Positions 36,404 through 49,650 of a stretch of DNA of 64,000 nt are shown here, in pieces. The DNA comes from Azolla caroliniana (taxonomy: Eukaryota; Plantae; Polypodiophyta): positions 8,184,001-8,248,000 of the forward strand of contig JBHGNT010000020.1 in NCBI GenBank assembly GCA_043228905.1, in the 5' to 3' direction. Within the stretch, counting starts at the first letter, position 1. Every line of letters begins with the position of its first letter. The notes below the pieces were generated by a model. That model worked only from the letters and a program-made list of their open reading frames with translations. It had not been told where the DNA came from and searched no databases. The position numbers and the translations under genes were made by a program.

Positions 36404-38138
36404 TGTCACAGACACACCAACCGTGGACTCGGACGGAGCATGACTAAACTTAAGAAGTTGGGAATGACACAAGATCATGAAGACAGAGATCATGAAGAAG
36501 GAGACAAGATGGAATGGAACAAGAAGACTAGATTGATATGTCAGTGACTGGCATTGAATCCCTTGAAAGGGACCAAGGAGGTTACAAGTATTTATATTGT
36601 GAGTCGAAGTACATGCATTAGAATATTTAGGAGAATATTCTAGAACCCTCTAGAACTTTCTAAAAACTCTTAGAACTTGAAATAGATAATCTACTAATAA
36701 TCTACTAAGATATACATAACATGAAGATATATTTGGATGTGTTGGTTAGAGCACAACACTTGACTATATACAAGGGGTAAAGAGTTCAAATCTTGACAGG
36801 ACTGTCATCATGTCTGTGACATTATCCTCCCTTTACGGCCGCCTTTCCCAAAGAGTGATGTAGGGGTGAGCTGAAAGAGAAAACCAAAGTATGTGGAGGA
36901 GTGAGTGACCATGAGCAGTCCTCACTAGAAATAGGAGCACATGTGAACGCGAGCGACCATGTGTGGTCCTCACCGGAGATTGGAACACCAACGGGTGTGA
37001 GCGACAATGTATGGTCCTCACCAGGAACTGGAACCCCAACAGGCATGATCGACCATGTGTGGTCCTCACTGCGGACACGAACACAAATGGGCGTGAGTGA
37101 CCATGTGCGGTCCTCACCGGGAACTAGGACACTTGATGCCGATGAAGGACAGGCAAAGTAGTGTTGATGACGACACCAAGAGGTGTTGAAGATGATGATG
37201 TCAAAGACAAAGCAATGAAGACAATGATGTTGAGGAAGCGTCTTTGGAACCAATGGTTGTGACTATGGCAATGATGGAAACAAAGAAATAGATGAAGAGG
37301 ATAAAAAACATAGAGATCGAGACGTCGAGAACAAAAAGAAACACAAAGATAAATGTAGATGATGATAGAAAACACCGTGACAGGGACGAAGATGATAAGA
37401 AACACATAGATAGGGGGACGAAGATGATAAGAAACACATAGATAGGGATGATGATGATAAGAAACACATAGATAGGGATGATGATGGCAGGAAACACATG
37501 GAGGAAAATGACAATGACAAAAAACGCAGAGATAGGGATGTGGAAGATGATAAGAAGTGCAAAGATAGGGATGGCGATGATAAGAAACATGGAGATATAT
37601 ATGTGGCAGATGAGAAGAAACTAAAAAACAAAGATGAGGAGGAGGAGAAACTAAAAGACAGAGACAACGATGAGAAGAAATTAGGAGATAGAGATGGCGA
37701 GGAAGATAGGAAATGAAGGGATGTTGATGAAGGTAACTTTGGAAGCAAGGACAGTGACGATGGAAACTCTAGAAGGAAGGGCAATGAAGAAGACGGGTGA
37801 TGCTTCTAGTTGGAAGGGATTCAAACTGTCACGGACATACCAACCGTGGACTCGGACGGAGCATGACTGAACTTAAGAAGCTGAGAACGACACAAGATCA
37901 TGAAGAGAGAGATCATGAAGAAGGAGACAAGATGGAATGGAACACAATAAGACTAGATTGATATGTCAGTGACTGGCATTGAATCCCTTGAAAGGGACCA
38001 AAGAGGTTACAAGTATTTATACTAAGATATACATAACATGACCATATATTTGGATGTGTTGGTTAGAACACAACACTTGACTATATACATGAGGTAAAGA
38101 GTTCAAATCTTGACATGATTGTTGTCATGTCTGTGACA
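36404..38138 (-). mobile_element. Non-coding TRIM-like element (1.7 kb), probably self-priming
   Basis: LTRs 36404-36821 and 37827-38138 with TGTCAC(A/G)GACA...TGTCTGTGACA ends. TSD CTAGC/CCAGC. PPT AAAGGGAGGATAA on the minus strand at 36822-36834. Interior is tandem repeats with no TE-like protein. Confidence 0.88.
36734..36798 (+). promoter_or_regulatory. tRNA-like segment in TRIM LTR (second copy 38051-38115)
   Basis: GTTGGTTAGAGCAC D-arm-like, CTTG-ACTATATA-CAAG stem-loop, AAGAGTTCAAATCTT T-arm/B-box-like. Confidence 0.6.
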
Positions 38139-40914
38139 CCAGCTAAACCGGACAACAACAGAGAAAAAATGGAGATACATAGAACTCGAGAGAGATAGAG
38201 AGAGCAGAAGACTTAAGAAAAAAACTCAATAAAAAAATGTGCCCAGAGAGCACTTTTATTTTATACAAGCCCTGACAACGGGCTAACACAAGTATTGTTA
38301 TTACTTGTCTCTCTTATTTTATACAAGCCCTGACAACGAGTTGACACAAGTATTGTTATTACTTTAATGCTCACATAAGCACATTGTACACTAACTACAT
38401 ACTAAACTAGGAGTGCACTTTTATACAAGCCCTGTTGTCAACTCAAGTATTGTTATTACTTTAATGCTCACATAAGCACATTGTACACTAACTACATACT
38501 AAACTAGGAGTGCACTTTTATACAAGCCCTGACAACAGGCTGACACAAGTATTGTTATTACTTTAATGCTCACAGAAGCACATCTTACACTAACTCCTAA
38601 AGCTATAGCTACGTACTAAACTAGGAGCGTAGGCCTCTAATGGCATGTCAGCTACTCACAGATCCGGTTCTCCACCGATCAAGGCCTAGTTGATTGGTCT
38701 TCATCCGAAGCGGCTCTCGATTTATTCAACTGATTTTTGCTTCTCAACACTCCCCTCAAGCTCAACTTGAGGTTCCTCCTGCTTTGCCAGTTCTGTCTTC
38801 CGTCCTTCAGCTCCGTCAATGTGTGTATCAAGGCTCTGTCTTCTTTCCTCCATCGTTGTCGTTGTTTGTCTTTCTCCGGCCCTTTCAGCCATCTCTCTGT
38901 TGTCTCTGTCCGGCCCGTCCGGCTGCTACTGCTTCATCCGACCATCAGTCCAGCTGCTCTGATCGTGAATGTTTGACCCGTTCATTCTTCCCGCCATCGT
39001 CCTTTTCCCTATCTTGCTGTTTTTTATCGTTTGTCGGGCCGCCGCTCCGTCGATGTCCGTCATTCTGGCCACATTGTTCTACCGCTTCGACCATCGTCAG
39101 TTTCCGTTTTCTGTCCATTTCAATCATTTTTGTCCCCGGCTTCGTTGTCGCCTCCGTCTCTATCTGAGTCTGAGTCTGAGTCGCTTTGCGGCGTCTCTGT
39201 CGTCGCTCCTCGGGCCGCCGCCATTTGACCGTGTGGCCGTCTATCCGACCTTGTCCGGCCGTCTATCCCGGCTTCCGGTCCATTCCGGCTGTTGTTCGTC
39301 CAGCCACCTGTCAGGTTCCATCATCTCGGTCGTCGCCATGGTTGTCAGTTGCGTTCATTTGTCTAGCCCGTTCCGGCATCTCTGTCGCTATCTCTGTCGG
39401 CCCTGTATGGCTGTCTGTCACTTTTAGACGTCTCCGTCTTTGTCAGGTCGTCCATATTTGTCCATCCCTGTCCATCTCCATCTTTGTGGCGTCTCCCGTC
39501 TCTGTCCAGCCCTGTCCGCTGGCTCCATCTCGGTCTCCAGCCGTCTCTATCGGTTCATTGTCATCCGGCACCGTTCGTCATCTTCCGGTCCGTTCCGGCC
39601 AGCTGTCCGGTCTGTCCGGCCGTTTGTCCGATCCAGTCTGGTTGGTTGTTCCTCTTTCCGGTAGTGTCCCTTCCGCTCTTTGTCTCCGTTTGACTGTTGG
39701 TTTGTTTTTTTTCCGGCCATTTGTCGTCGTTCTTTCCGCCGCCCTTTGTCTCTGTCGTCTTCGCCACTATTTGCGTTGTTTGTCCTTCTCTTTCTTGCTG
39801 GTCGTCCGTCCCTCTAGACAAAATAGTGTTATAGGTTTTCGTACATTATCCCATATCATTCCTCCACTTCCTCTCATACATTGGTCACCATTTTTGTACA
39901 TCGTTGTCATCATTTCTCGGCACACATTTACAACAAAAATAGACCAAATATATAGACATTACTTCGTTGTAGAATTGTGCGGCAATCAATCTGCCATTTC
40001 CCCCTTCTTTCGCACATCACATACTGCTGTTTATTTCACATTGTCGATTCGATTTCTCGCGTCACCCTTTCTTGCACATCTTGCCGCTGCAACTTCGTCT
40101 CTCACATCATCACCGTCGTTTGCCACACATCGTCGATTCGATTACCTGCACTCTCGTATACTTTCACCGCGTCTCTTCATTGGCTTCTTCCAAAGGGGGA
40201 TTCGCCGTTGTGGATCAAAATTCCATATTTTCTAGCACTTATTCTCATGCATAGAGTCTACAAAATATCAAAACATGTGTCCAATGATGAGATCCACCTA
40301 GTTTTATTACAATAATGTTGAAAATAATTCGACGATCCTTTTTAATTATAATAACCACCTAATTTGATGATCCTTTTCTATGTAGCTATTTTGAATTGAT
40401 TACTGTGTTGTTGCAGCCTGAAATAGTTAGCCATGGATTATAATCAATGGGCAAAGATTTGAAATCAAAGAACCCAAAAAGGAAGCTTAATTCTGTACAT
40501 AACCCTTGATTTGGAATTCGATTTTCATTGACTGTAAAGAACATATGTTGGGAAGGCATAGCGATGCACATGGGCAGAATTAGATTAGGAGCTAACATAG
40601 TCTATACGTGCTTGGACAACATTTCTCGTTCAGATCCATAGATCAAAGAATGCTAATGCTTAATAACATAAGGCATGGAAAGACAATGTATTCTGCGGTA
40701 CAAGCCACCCTTTCTAGTATTCAGGTGCAATTTGGATCTTGTACACAAAAGTGGATAGATTTATTTACTCCATTGGAAGTTTTGATTATAGTAAGAGCCT
40801 ATATCCAAGAATAAGTTTTTTATGACTTTTGATGTATATGATGGTTAACTTTCACACATGCGGAAACTGATTTGTTTAGATTTTGTTTGCATAAGGAAGT
40901 GAGGGTGGTAGGTA

Positions 40915-41820
40915 ATGATGGATCAAACTGGGTTTTAGATCCGATCCCGATCCACCAAAGGTGAATCGTTTTGGGAGGTTTTGGATTATGTAAAGGAGAC
41001 CTCTATCTCGATTAACTTGGGTTCCTAGAGAACTTAATTGGAAAGTGTTGGTTCAAGCTTGGATAAAACATGTGCTTTTTTTCAATATTCTATGAAGATT
41101 GGTAGGAAAATATTAGATGCTAGATCATGGAAGGAACCTATCACAAATGTTTTGTCAAGATAGAATGAACATTCTCCACAACATCTCAAGAAACTTTGGA
41201 AATGGATGTGGGGCATACAAATGAGTAGGAGAATTGTGTGTTTTCAATGGTTGTTGACTCATAGAGCTATACCAGTTAATGGTTGGCGAAAGGGGTGAAT
41301 GTAGATAATGTCCTTTTTGTACAAGTCTAGCGGAGACTACCTAGCATTGTTTGTTAAGTTGTAACTTGTGATTTTGCGATGGAAATATGGAAAAGAATCG
41401 TAATGTTATTCATACTCATATATCCTCTATAGTTTACCAATGTTACAAGATGATTCGATGGTATATGAACAAGATGATGTTGCATATGCTCTTGTTATGT
41501 GACCTTGTTTGATGCAAAAAACAATTATATGCCTGAATCCACAAATAGAGACTAGTAAACCTGAAATATGCCAATTGGTAAGTAGTGTCACAATTTGGTA
41601 TTTTTGAAGGCGATGTTTGAGGGTATTTCAAAATGTTATCAAAAGACCCGCCTAGATAATTTATGGGATTTGGATAGAGATTGTGCACAATCTTTGAGGT
41701 TCTTTGGATAAAATAAAAGATAATACACAACTTGTAGAGTTATAATGATTGGAGATTCATGCCATCTGGAACAAAGGAATATTCTTTAGGCAGATTTCTA
41801 ATGAGGTTTGAGTGGTTTAT
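40915..41820 (+). pseudogene. Possible highly decayed LINE (ORF1/endonuclease remnant)
   Basis: Scattered weak resemblances only (KIG, GD, LGRFL-like peptides). No ORF. Confidence 0.25.
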
Positions 41821-43262
41821 TCTATATTCTATATTCTATACCGCAATATTTATTTGAAGCCACCAATTAGAACTTAGGATGGGGTTCATTACCTTTATGT
41901 GCATACTTCATGCACAACCTTTGGGCATTTCTTGGAAATAAATAAATAAACCCAAATTTGTGTTGTGTACATATTTTGAAACAAAGGGATTACCGATGAG
42001 GTAACATTGATGAAATAGTAGCATTCTGCTATGTTTTTACTATTATATGTAATCCACAATGAATCACGATAAGCTTGGAAGTTACTCCAAACCTATAGTG
42101 ATTCACTATAGGCTTGGAAGAAGTGCTCTCATTTTCTTTAAACCAAATCTTTCTATAGTCTTTTTGTTTTTCAATTTCATGGTTTAAACCAAATCACAAT
42201 AAAATCACTTTTTCCAAGACTTCTTTCTCATGGTTTGTGGCGATGCCATCTCAAACGTGCAATGACTTTAATTTGTCCCAATTTCTTTAAAGCACTCCTT
42301 CCAAGGCATCTTTCTCAAGGCTGTGGTGCTCAGATCCCAAAACTTTGGAATCGAGAGGGTTACTTTGGAATTGAAGTAGATTATCTTGAAGAAAATTCTA
42401 GTGACTACGAGGTGATAAGAGAGATTGGTTTTACGTACTAGCCAATAGACAAGTGTTGTACATCAACAAGATCCAAATTCCATAATAATAATCTTTGAAA
42501 CAGTCCTGTAATGCAACTACAAGCTATCAACACTCTGGGACAAAGAACAAGAGAAGCAGTGGAGGAACACCACCTGTCCATGTGCTCGGCTCTGAACAAA
42601 ACCTCCATCTATATTGCAGTTTAGCACTGAAATCCGTAAACCCAGTAATACTCGATTGCTGATGTTAGATCATCATATCCTGGCAACCTTTAGCTCAAAA
42701 AACATTTTTTATCGCAGCACATTTTCAAACATGTTATGTGTCATGAACTCCCTTCATTTTGCCTCGTTGTTCAGCTGCATTTGTTACAAGCAAGGAAATT
42801 TGTAATGTAAAATATACAAAAATTCAAGTACCAACAGAACTCCATGCTACCCAGTTAATTTGTTTACTAACAAACGTTTTATTCATTTCATACCCTGCAC
42901 AGATTACAAGGTAACCAACACTATATTAATTGGGTAATAATTATTTGCCTCATCCATTTCTTCATAGCATCTATTGTCTTTAAGCGATAAACTTTTGACC
43001 ATATTTATGTATATATATATCAGGTTTGATCATGTAAAAATGATTTACAGCTCCCTTCAGCATGGGTTGTTCATTTGTCTGCAATAGTGTTAGTGAGCAG
43101 TGTTAAAAGTTTCAAATAAGTGTATACACAATTTGAGATATGTTGGACAAATTAGAAAAACATCCATGAGAGCTATTAACTGCAAATAAATGGCATTTGA
43201 TAATCTCAAAAGTTCTTTCGGAGAACTCTGCTTCTATTGTGTTTTAGCAAGAATTTGTTAAG

Positions 43263-45917
43263 TTATAATGAATTAGTATGCCGAGGACGCAATATTCCCT
43301 TTTCTTCCATGTAAGAAACCATTCGAGCTGCCATTTCTTCGGGAGTAGGACATCTTCCATCAATTGGTTCAATTACAACCTTACAAGAATAACACAAGGC
43401 AGCTGTTGACATGGATTGATGATTGTGATATACTAAGAATTGACAAGCTTACTACACTCAAATCCCTAATAATTGAAAATATATTGAACTGATCAAATAT
43501 TGAGGTATATATGCTTACCTCACAGTTCAAAGGGGCTTCATAAGGATCATTTACACCAGTGAAACCTGAATGTACGATGATTGTACACCAGAAACTAATA
43601 TCAACATATGCAAATAATGACATGTGACGAATATGACACTGATAGCATTCATGTTTCTTTGTATAAGTACTTCAAACTCAGAAAAGAGAGAGAGAATGCT
43701 GCAAACTTACATTTAATTTTTCCGGCTCGCGCAAGCTTGTAAAGACCTTTGGGATCCCGCTCTTCACACAGGTTCAGAGGAAAATTCATATAAACCTATT
43801 TAAAAACATCAAAATGGACACAGATTATTAAACTGTATAAGATGAGTGCGAGCAAACACAAGAACACAGTCAAAATAAACGAACTTGACTTAGTATAGGG
43901 CAAATTGTTTTTTGCATGTGTATAATTCGAGAATGAGACCCGCTTACAAATTTTCATCATGACATCACAACTTTAAAACCAGTGACAATTCGTGTTTGTT
44001 TTTTGTAAAAGATCCAGTATACTTCTCTTAAAATTAAACAGAAATAGTTGCTCTTATTTTACTCAGTGAGCTTAAGATTGTAAGTGTTCCACAATCTAAA
44101 CAGGGCCTGATATGATATATAAATGCTTACACCTCCACCCTAAAATTTTGTGATTTTCTATTCTCCTAAGTGTATCCCCTAAATACTTAAACACTGTACT
44201 TTGGTACTCATACACTGTACTTTGGTACTCATACATCACATTCATACTTACTTTTCTAGCACTTTCAGCCATGACCTACTCCTATGCACCTTTCCCTTCT
44301 AGCCTCAATTTGAGCTCTTCATTATAGCACTTATTCGTTAATTTCTGAGCATCCAGAGTTACTTATCAGCTCCACATAACACTTCATGAATATAATTATT
44401 TTGTTTCCATAGGTCATATTTTGACCTCCAATGACTATAATAAAAAATGTCTGTTTCATCTACATTGATTCCTTCATATCAAAAGGCAAGAGGTATAAAA
44501 GACATCTTAACTGTATAGCAAACATAAAAATAAATTCAAACAATACTTGACTGAACAAGGGTCAACAAAGATTACATACCTCCACAAATTCATCTTTTCG
44601 AAAAAGCTTCCTGCATGCATCTCTATCTTTTCTATATGGAGATATTACACTTGCAATACAAATAACTCCAGCATCAGCAAAAAGTTTCGCTACTTCCCCT
44701 GCGAATTAAGCATGATCCTTGATTCTATACCATAAGCTATGAATAATAGAAGATACAAATTAAGCAAAAAATCACAAATATGCCTTGCTATCTGACAAGG
44801 GCTTACCAATGCGTCTGATGTTCTCTGCACGGTCAGACTCACAAAAACCCAAGTTTTTGTTAAGACCATGCCGTACATTGTCACCATCAAGAATATAGCT
44901 GAGATTTCCTCTCTTAAGAAGAACATTATCGAGGGTACATGCAAGGGTGCTTTTTCCTACATGTTACCCAGAATCAGATTACTAAGCCATAACTAACTGC
45001 ATCAAACTGCTTTCCCTCAAAGGTTAATGGAGACAAACCAGATCCGCTTAGCCCAGTTATCCAGATCACACATCCTTTTTGTCCTAGCAGTTTTTGCTTT
45101 TCTTCTTTTTTCACCATGCATTCTTGCCATGCAATATTTGTCGATTTTCCAACTGTTATCACCGAGGGTCTAGAGAAACCTATGATGAAAAACAATCAAA
45201 TGCAAATAATTAAGGTTCACATAATGTTACTAGAAAAACACAAGTATCAAAATGGAAATTCTTACAATGAATCTATTATGCATGGATATTTCCTAAAATA
45301 CCAATGCAGTATACTTCATAAGGCAATCGGTTTCCCAGTACATCTGTTATGGATGGATCAATCTTTTTGAAATGGGTGAAAATTTTAGTAACACTTCTTA
45401 TACATGGATACTTCCCAAAATACCAATATAATATACTACCTAAGCCAATCATTTTCCCACTGCATCTGTTATGGATGGATGAATCTTTTTCCAATAACAT
45501 TGCATCCGATGCAAACTTTAGTAACTTACATGGAACTGATGTTGCATTCGCAATGTCTTTAGATTTGAATGGTTTTCCTGTTTGATCTAAAGTGACTGAT
45601 TTTGAATCATGGTCCAGTTTCATGGATGCATGACTCCTGTCTCCCTCTCCCATGAAGTGCAATTTACGTTCAAAGCTTGCAGAAGCTTTGAGAACAACAT
45701 GAAAGCGACAATGTCCACACAGATCTGGTTGCTTCTTTCGTACACACATAAGATCTCTTTCATTTGATCCAGATTTCCAACAACCAGAAATGCCTGACCA
45801 ATCTACGATACACCTACTTCCATTTGACCTGAAATGATTCGCCTTGTTTTCACAGAATGTGGTGGTGTTTGCGTGTCTAGAAATCCAAGAAGAAGCTTGA
45901 TAGCAGCAACCTATCAT
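43263..45917 (-). CDS. APK: Adenylyl-sulfate (APS) kinase, about 378 aa, long N-terminal extension (likely plastid transit peptide)
   Basis: Exons 45917-45440, 45179-45039, 44956-44807, 44698-44580, 43795-43711, 43565-43519, 43379-43263 (1137 nt, GT-AG introns, frame consistent). Motifs [13 protein letters not shown]-loop, [49 protein letters not shown]. The redox Cys pair (WQEC, TLAC) is present. Start codon less certain. Confidence 0.93.
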
Positions 45918-46429
45918 GATTTTACCCTAAAACGCTTATCAGATAGAGAACAGAACGACTAAAAACAAGCTCAAATTCTATCAGAAAATGAGCTCTGCAT
46001 GAAAGAAATATCGAAAGATGAAGAACCCCAGGGCTGAGCTTCAACTCACCTGTGGAAGAATATGTGGGTTGGGAGGTAAGCTTGAGGAGATGGATTGAGA
46101 GAAGCTTAATCATGTGCTGTGCTGAGCAGTATTATATGAGGGGTCGGAAGGAGGCGCGGATTTGGGGAAGCTCATGAAGCTCGTGGCCATGGAAGCTTGT
46201 GTTTTGTCTGTGTCTGTGGATTATTTGTTGCCATGTTTGCTTCGCTTGGCTTTATGAGTGAAAAGAGAGAGAGAAAGAGAAAGAGAAGAATGGTGGAGCA
46301 GAGGTAACAAAAATCTTTTCTTGGTTTTATTTTATTATGCTCACCATTTTTTGAGGCTATTATTTAATATTCATATTCATATTAATATTATTCAAATGGA
46401 TGGGAGAATATGTTTGGGAGGAGGGGGGC

Positions 46430-46762
46430 TTATGTGTATCTATGTATGTACATACGTATGTAATGTATGTATTTTTAATGTATGTATGTATGTATGTATG
46501 TATGTGTGTGTGTATGTATGTATGTATGTAATGTATGTATATATGTATGTATTTGCTACTAAGTGTATTTTCTGACCCAACCAAACTAATCTGATTTATG
46601 TATGTATGTACGCATGTATGTAATGTATGTATGTATGTATGTATGTATGTATGTATGTATGTATGTATGTATGTATGTATGTACGTATGTATGTATGTAC
46701 GTACGTATGTATGTAATGTATGTATGTATGTATGTATGTATGTATGTACGTATGTATGTATT
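46430..46762. repeat. (ATGT)n microsatellite upstream of APK
   Basis: Long imperfect TATG array in two blocks, each followed by a similar ATTTGC...TTTTCTGACCC unit. Confidence 0.95.
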
Positions 46763-48302
46763 TGCTTCTGAATGTATTTTCTGACCCGGCTACCTACATC
46801 TGACCCAGCCAAACTGATCTGATTATCTATATTAAACCCTAAAAAATTCTTAATGTTCAATTGCAGACTAGATTTTGAAAATCCTAGAACATTTGTTTGA
46901 ATCACTTGCTTTCTTTCTTATCGAACTCTGAAACAACCAACAACCTCTCCCTTTCATAATTTGTTGAAAATGAAGGCGAGGAGATTTTTCTCTTCAGACA
47001 GCTGCTCCTTGTCATCTATTGTCATTCCTCTTGGAATTGTCTTCTTAATGTCATGCTTCTTTAATAGATATGCCTCTATTTCAACCTTTTTATGAAACCA
47101 TTGTGGGTTTTGCGGGCAACTCCTCGAAATTGTACATATTTGAGATTTTATCCCCTTTGGATCTTGAACATAATTGAAGATTTCTCATGGGTAATCAACC
47201 GCATTATGAGTTTCAAATACGTCAACTCCATCTTCTTGATCTAGAAGGTAATGTCAAATATGCAAGGATAAAACAAAGCTACATTATTGTTGTTGGAGTA
47301 GAAGGATCTAACAAAAATTACGTGTTGGATTAGATTAAACTTCACTCAAGAGTAGGTTCATCGGGTGTATTATCATCCTTTTTCAGTCGTCATTCACCAT
47401 CTTCATGTGCATTGTTTGGCTTAGAATTCTCTATCTTTAGCAAACACATGCTAGTTATGTTCTCCACCTTTCTTGTTCTCTTGCCTCGGAAACCCCTTCT
47501 AATCGAAAACCCTATTAACATTTCATAGAGAAAAAGTTTGGATACATGCATTAGAAGTATAGTATGAAATACATTGTTGAAAAATGAGAAATAGTCACGT
47601 GAAAAATACCAGAAAAGGTAGATTGAAATACCTTGCTTCAACACTTTTTTCACCACAATAATACCTCTAAAGGCACATTGAGGACTTCACAGCCATCTAT
47701 GCAAGCAAGGCAACAAACAATGGATTACGTGACTTTTATGTGTACCGAAATTTAGCCAAATGGAGAATAGTGCATTATATGCATGCAATGTTCATACAAA
47801 AAAATAGATATTATAAACATCTCTGTCAATTGCGAAACCCTTGAATCTCTAAATTTTCTAGCTTGCCAACCATCTATGCAATCAATTCGGAAAATCTACA
47901 TTGTTTAATGATTTGACTATGTTTTACATCCTATTTTGCAATGAAACCATGACTTTTTGTGTGCCAAATGTTACGTGCACTAAAAATTGCAATCATTGGA
48001 TAATATGAAATGTTCATACAAATTAATCAAACAAAAAGAACAGAATTAAAAAACATCACTTTGTCTCTATACCACAAAATCAAACAAAAATCCTAAAATC
48101 CAAAATTTGCAAATAGAATAAAAGCAAATACCAACTACATATTGGATATTTGTTGTTGTGAAAAGAAAATACATACTAGATAACGAAAGTTTCGATCACA
48201 TGTGTAGGTAGTTGACAGGTTTGTCCAATATATTTTGTACCTCGTAATAGGTTTTGATTTCAAGATTTAAATTTTCTAATTTGGTTTTAGGGTTAATGTT
48301 AG

Positions 48303-49650
48303 AGTTATGGTCTAACGTAAGCATATGATAAGGATAACAGATATAATAAATAAAAAAGGAGAGAGAGGAAGAAAGGTGTTGATCCACCCGACCACCCCCG
48401 TGCGAAGGGATCGAGATGGACTCGAGTCTTGGTCGGCGTCCTATACCACTGTCGTGGCATCGAGTCGTACCTGGTGTTGGCGTGCTCGCTACAAGAGTTA
48501 GACCCACCACAAGAACAGAGTCTCGACGTAGTCAAAAGATCCCCAAATGAGGGTAGCTAAGCCTCATATTTATAGCGATACCCAAGGTCCCCAAGCAAGT
48601 TCACACTTGGCCTAACGGGTTGTCTCAATCCTAGGGATTAAAAGTAATCCTCCCCTTCTTTACACTCTCGTTTAACCCTCACACTTATCCACGTGTATAG
48701 AATACTACGGTAAATTCTCAGCACAGGATATTATATGGTCATGCCCGTAACATACTCCCCCTCTTTAAAACATTGCACTCTTGCAATGGAAAGTTAGTTA
48801 TAAGAGTATTTTCACGTTCGCATGTAGCATCTTTGATAGATTTATCCATCCATTTAATTTTAAATTCTCGAATTATTTTAGTACGCAGATTTTTTGTTTT
48901 AACATCGAGAATTCTTTCTGATACACGTAGTTTAGAAGAATTCTTCAGAAGTAACCAGAGTTTCAGTTGTAATTGTATTGTCGCCAAAACCTAGATTTTC
49001 TTTTAGGCGACTTACATGAAAAACTGGATGAATTTCAATGCCATCGGGAAGAGCGAGACGATAGGTTGATGAACCAATGCGTTTGAGAACTTGAAAAGGT
49101 CCACAATACCATGAGGCTAACTTAGCGCACTTACCCGTAGACAATGTCTTAGAATTGTGAGGTACACATAAAAATACCTTTTGTCCAGGGTTGAATACAT
49201 GAGGTTGCCTATTATGATCAGCGTAAAAACATGCTCTATCTTGAGTTGTTTTTATATGATCTTGTGCAATATGCAACATATCTTGCATATCCTAAAGAAA
49301 GTTTTCCGTACTTCGCAACTCATCATGATGTATATTAACATCAATCGAGGCTTGTGGTTGAAAACCATACATCAACATAAAAGGACTATATCCTGTCGAC
49401 GTATGCTTGGAGCTGTTATAAGCAAACTCCCGAATTGGGAGATAACGTTCCCATTTTGTTGGTTTTGCACCAACGTATGCTCGAAGCATGTCCTCAATAA
49501 TTTGATTTACTCATTTTGTTTGTCCATCGGATTGAGGATGATCCGTGGAACTCATGCTCAACGTAGTTTCTAACTTCTTAAAGACTTACGTCTAGAAGTC
49601 ACTAGTAAACTTTGGATCTCGTTCACTCACAATATCCATCGGTAACCCGT
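48303..49650 (-). mobile_element. Chromovirus fragment: integrase C-terminus, chromodomain remnant, PPT and 3' LTR (about 48303-48752)
   Basis: EFAYNSSKHTSTGYSPF, GPFQVL, HPVFHVSRLK, ILD...KIKWMD...DATCE. AAAGAGGGGGAG PPT before TGTTACGGG. Confidence 0.85.

Larger units (their letters stand above)
36360..39815 (-). mobile_element. Truncated Copia (Copia 2/3 lineage): 3' purine-rich region plus 3' LTR (36360-38749) interrupted by the TRIM
   Basis: Minus strand CCTCAAGTTGAGCTTGAGGGGAG-TGTTGAG is the same PPT/LTR junction as Copia 2 and 3. LTR has about 90-bp tandem repeats at 38250-38620. Both outer ends approximate. Confidence 0.7.

Noticed and set aside
36900-37130. Regularly spaced GACCATGTGTGGTCCTCAC repeats resembling a CRISPR array
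   Set aside because: The spacers are related to each other (about 51-bp minisatellite), the array lies inside a TRIM, the context is eukaryotic and there are no cas genes.
37124-37784. Hydrophobic or Ser-rich ORFs inside the TRIM
   Set aside because: They arise from about 30-bp purine-rich tandem repeats and show no protein motif.
39186-40235. 349-aa ORF
   Set aside because: Low-complexity antisense reading of a purine-rich Copia 3' region running into intergenic DNA.
46258-46905. ORFs with MYVC/HTYI repeats
   Set aside because: Translations of the (ATGT)n microsatellite.
46800-47400. Possible decayed DNA transposon (BED-finger-like peptide on the minus strand)
   Set aside because: No ORF, TIR or TSD could be established.
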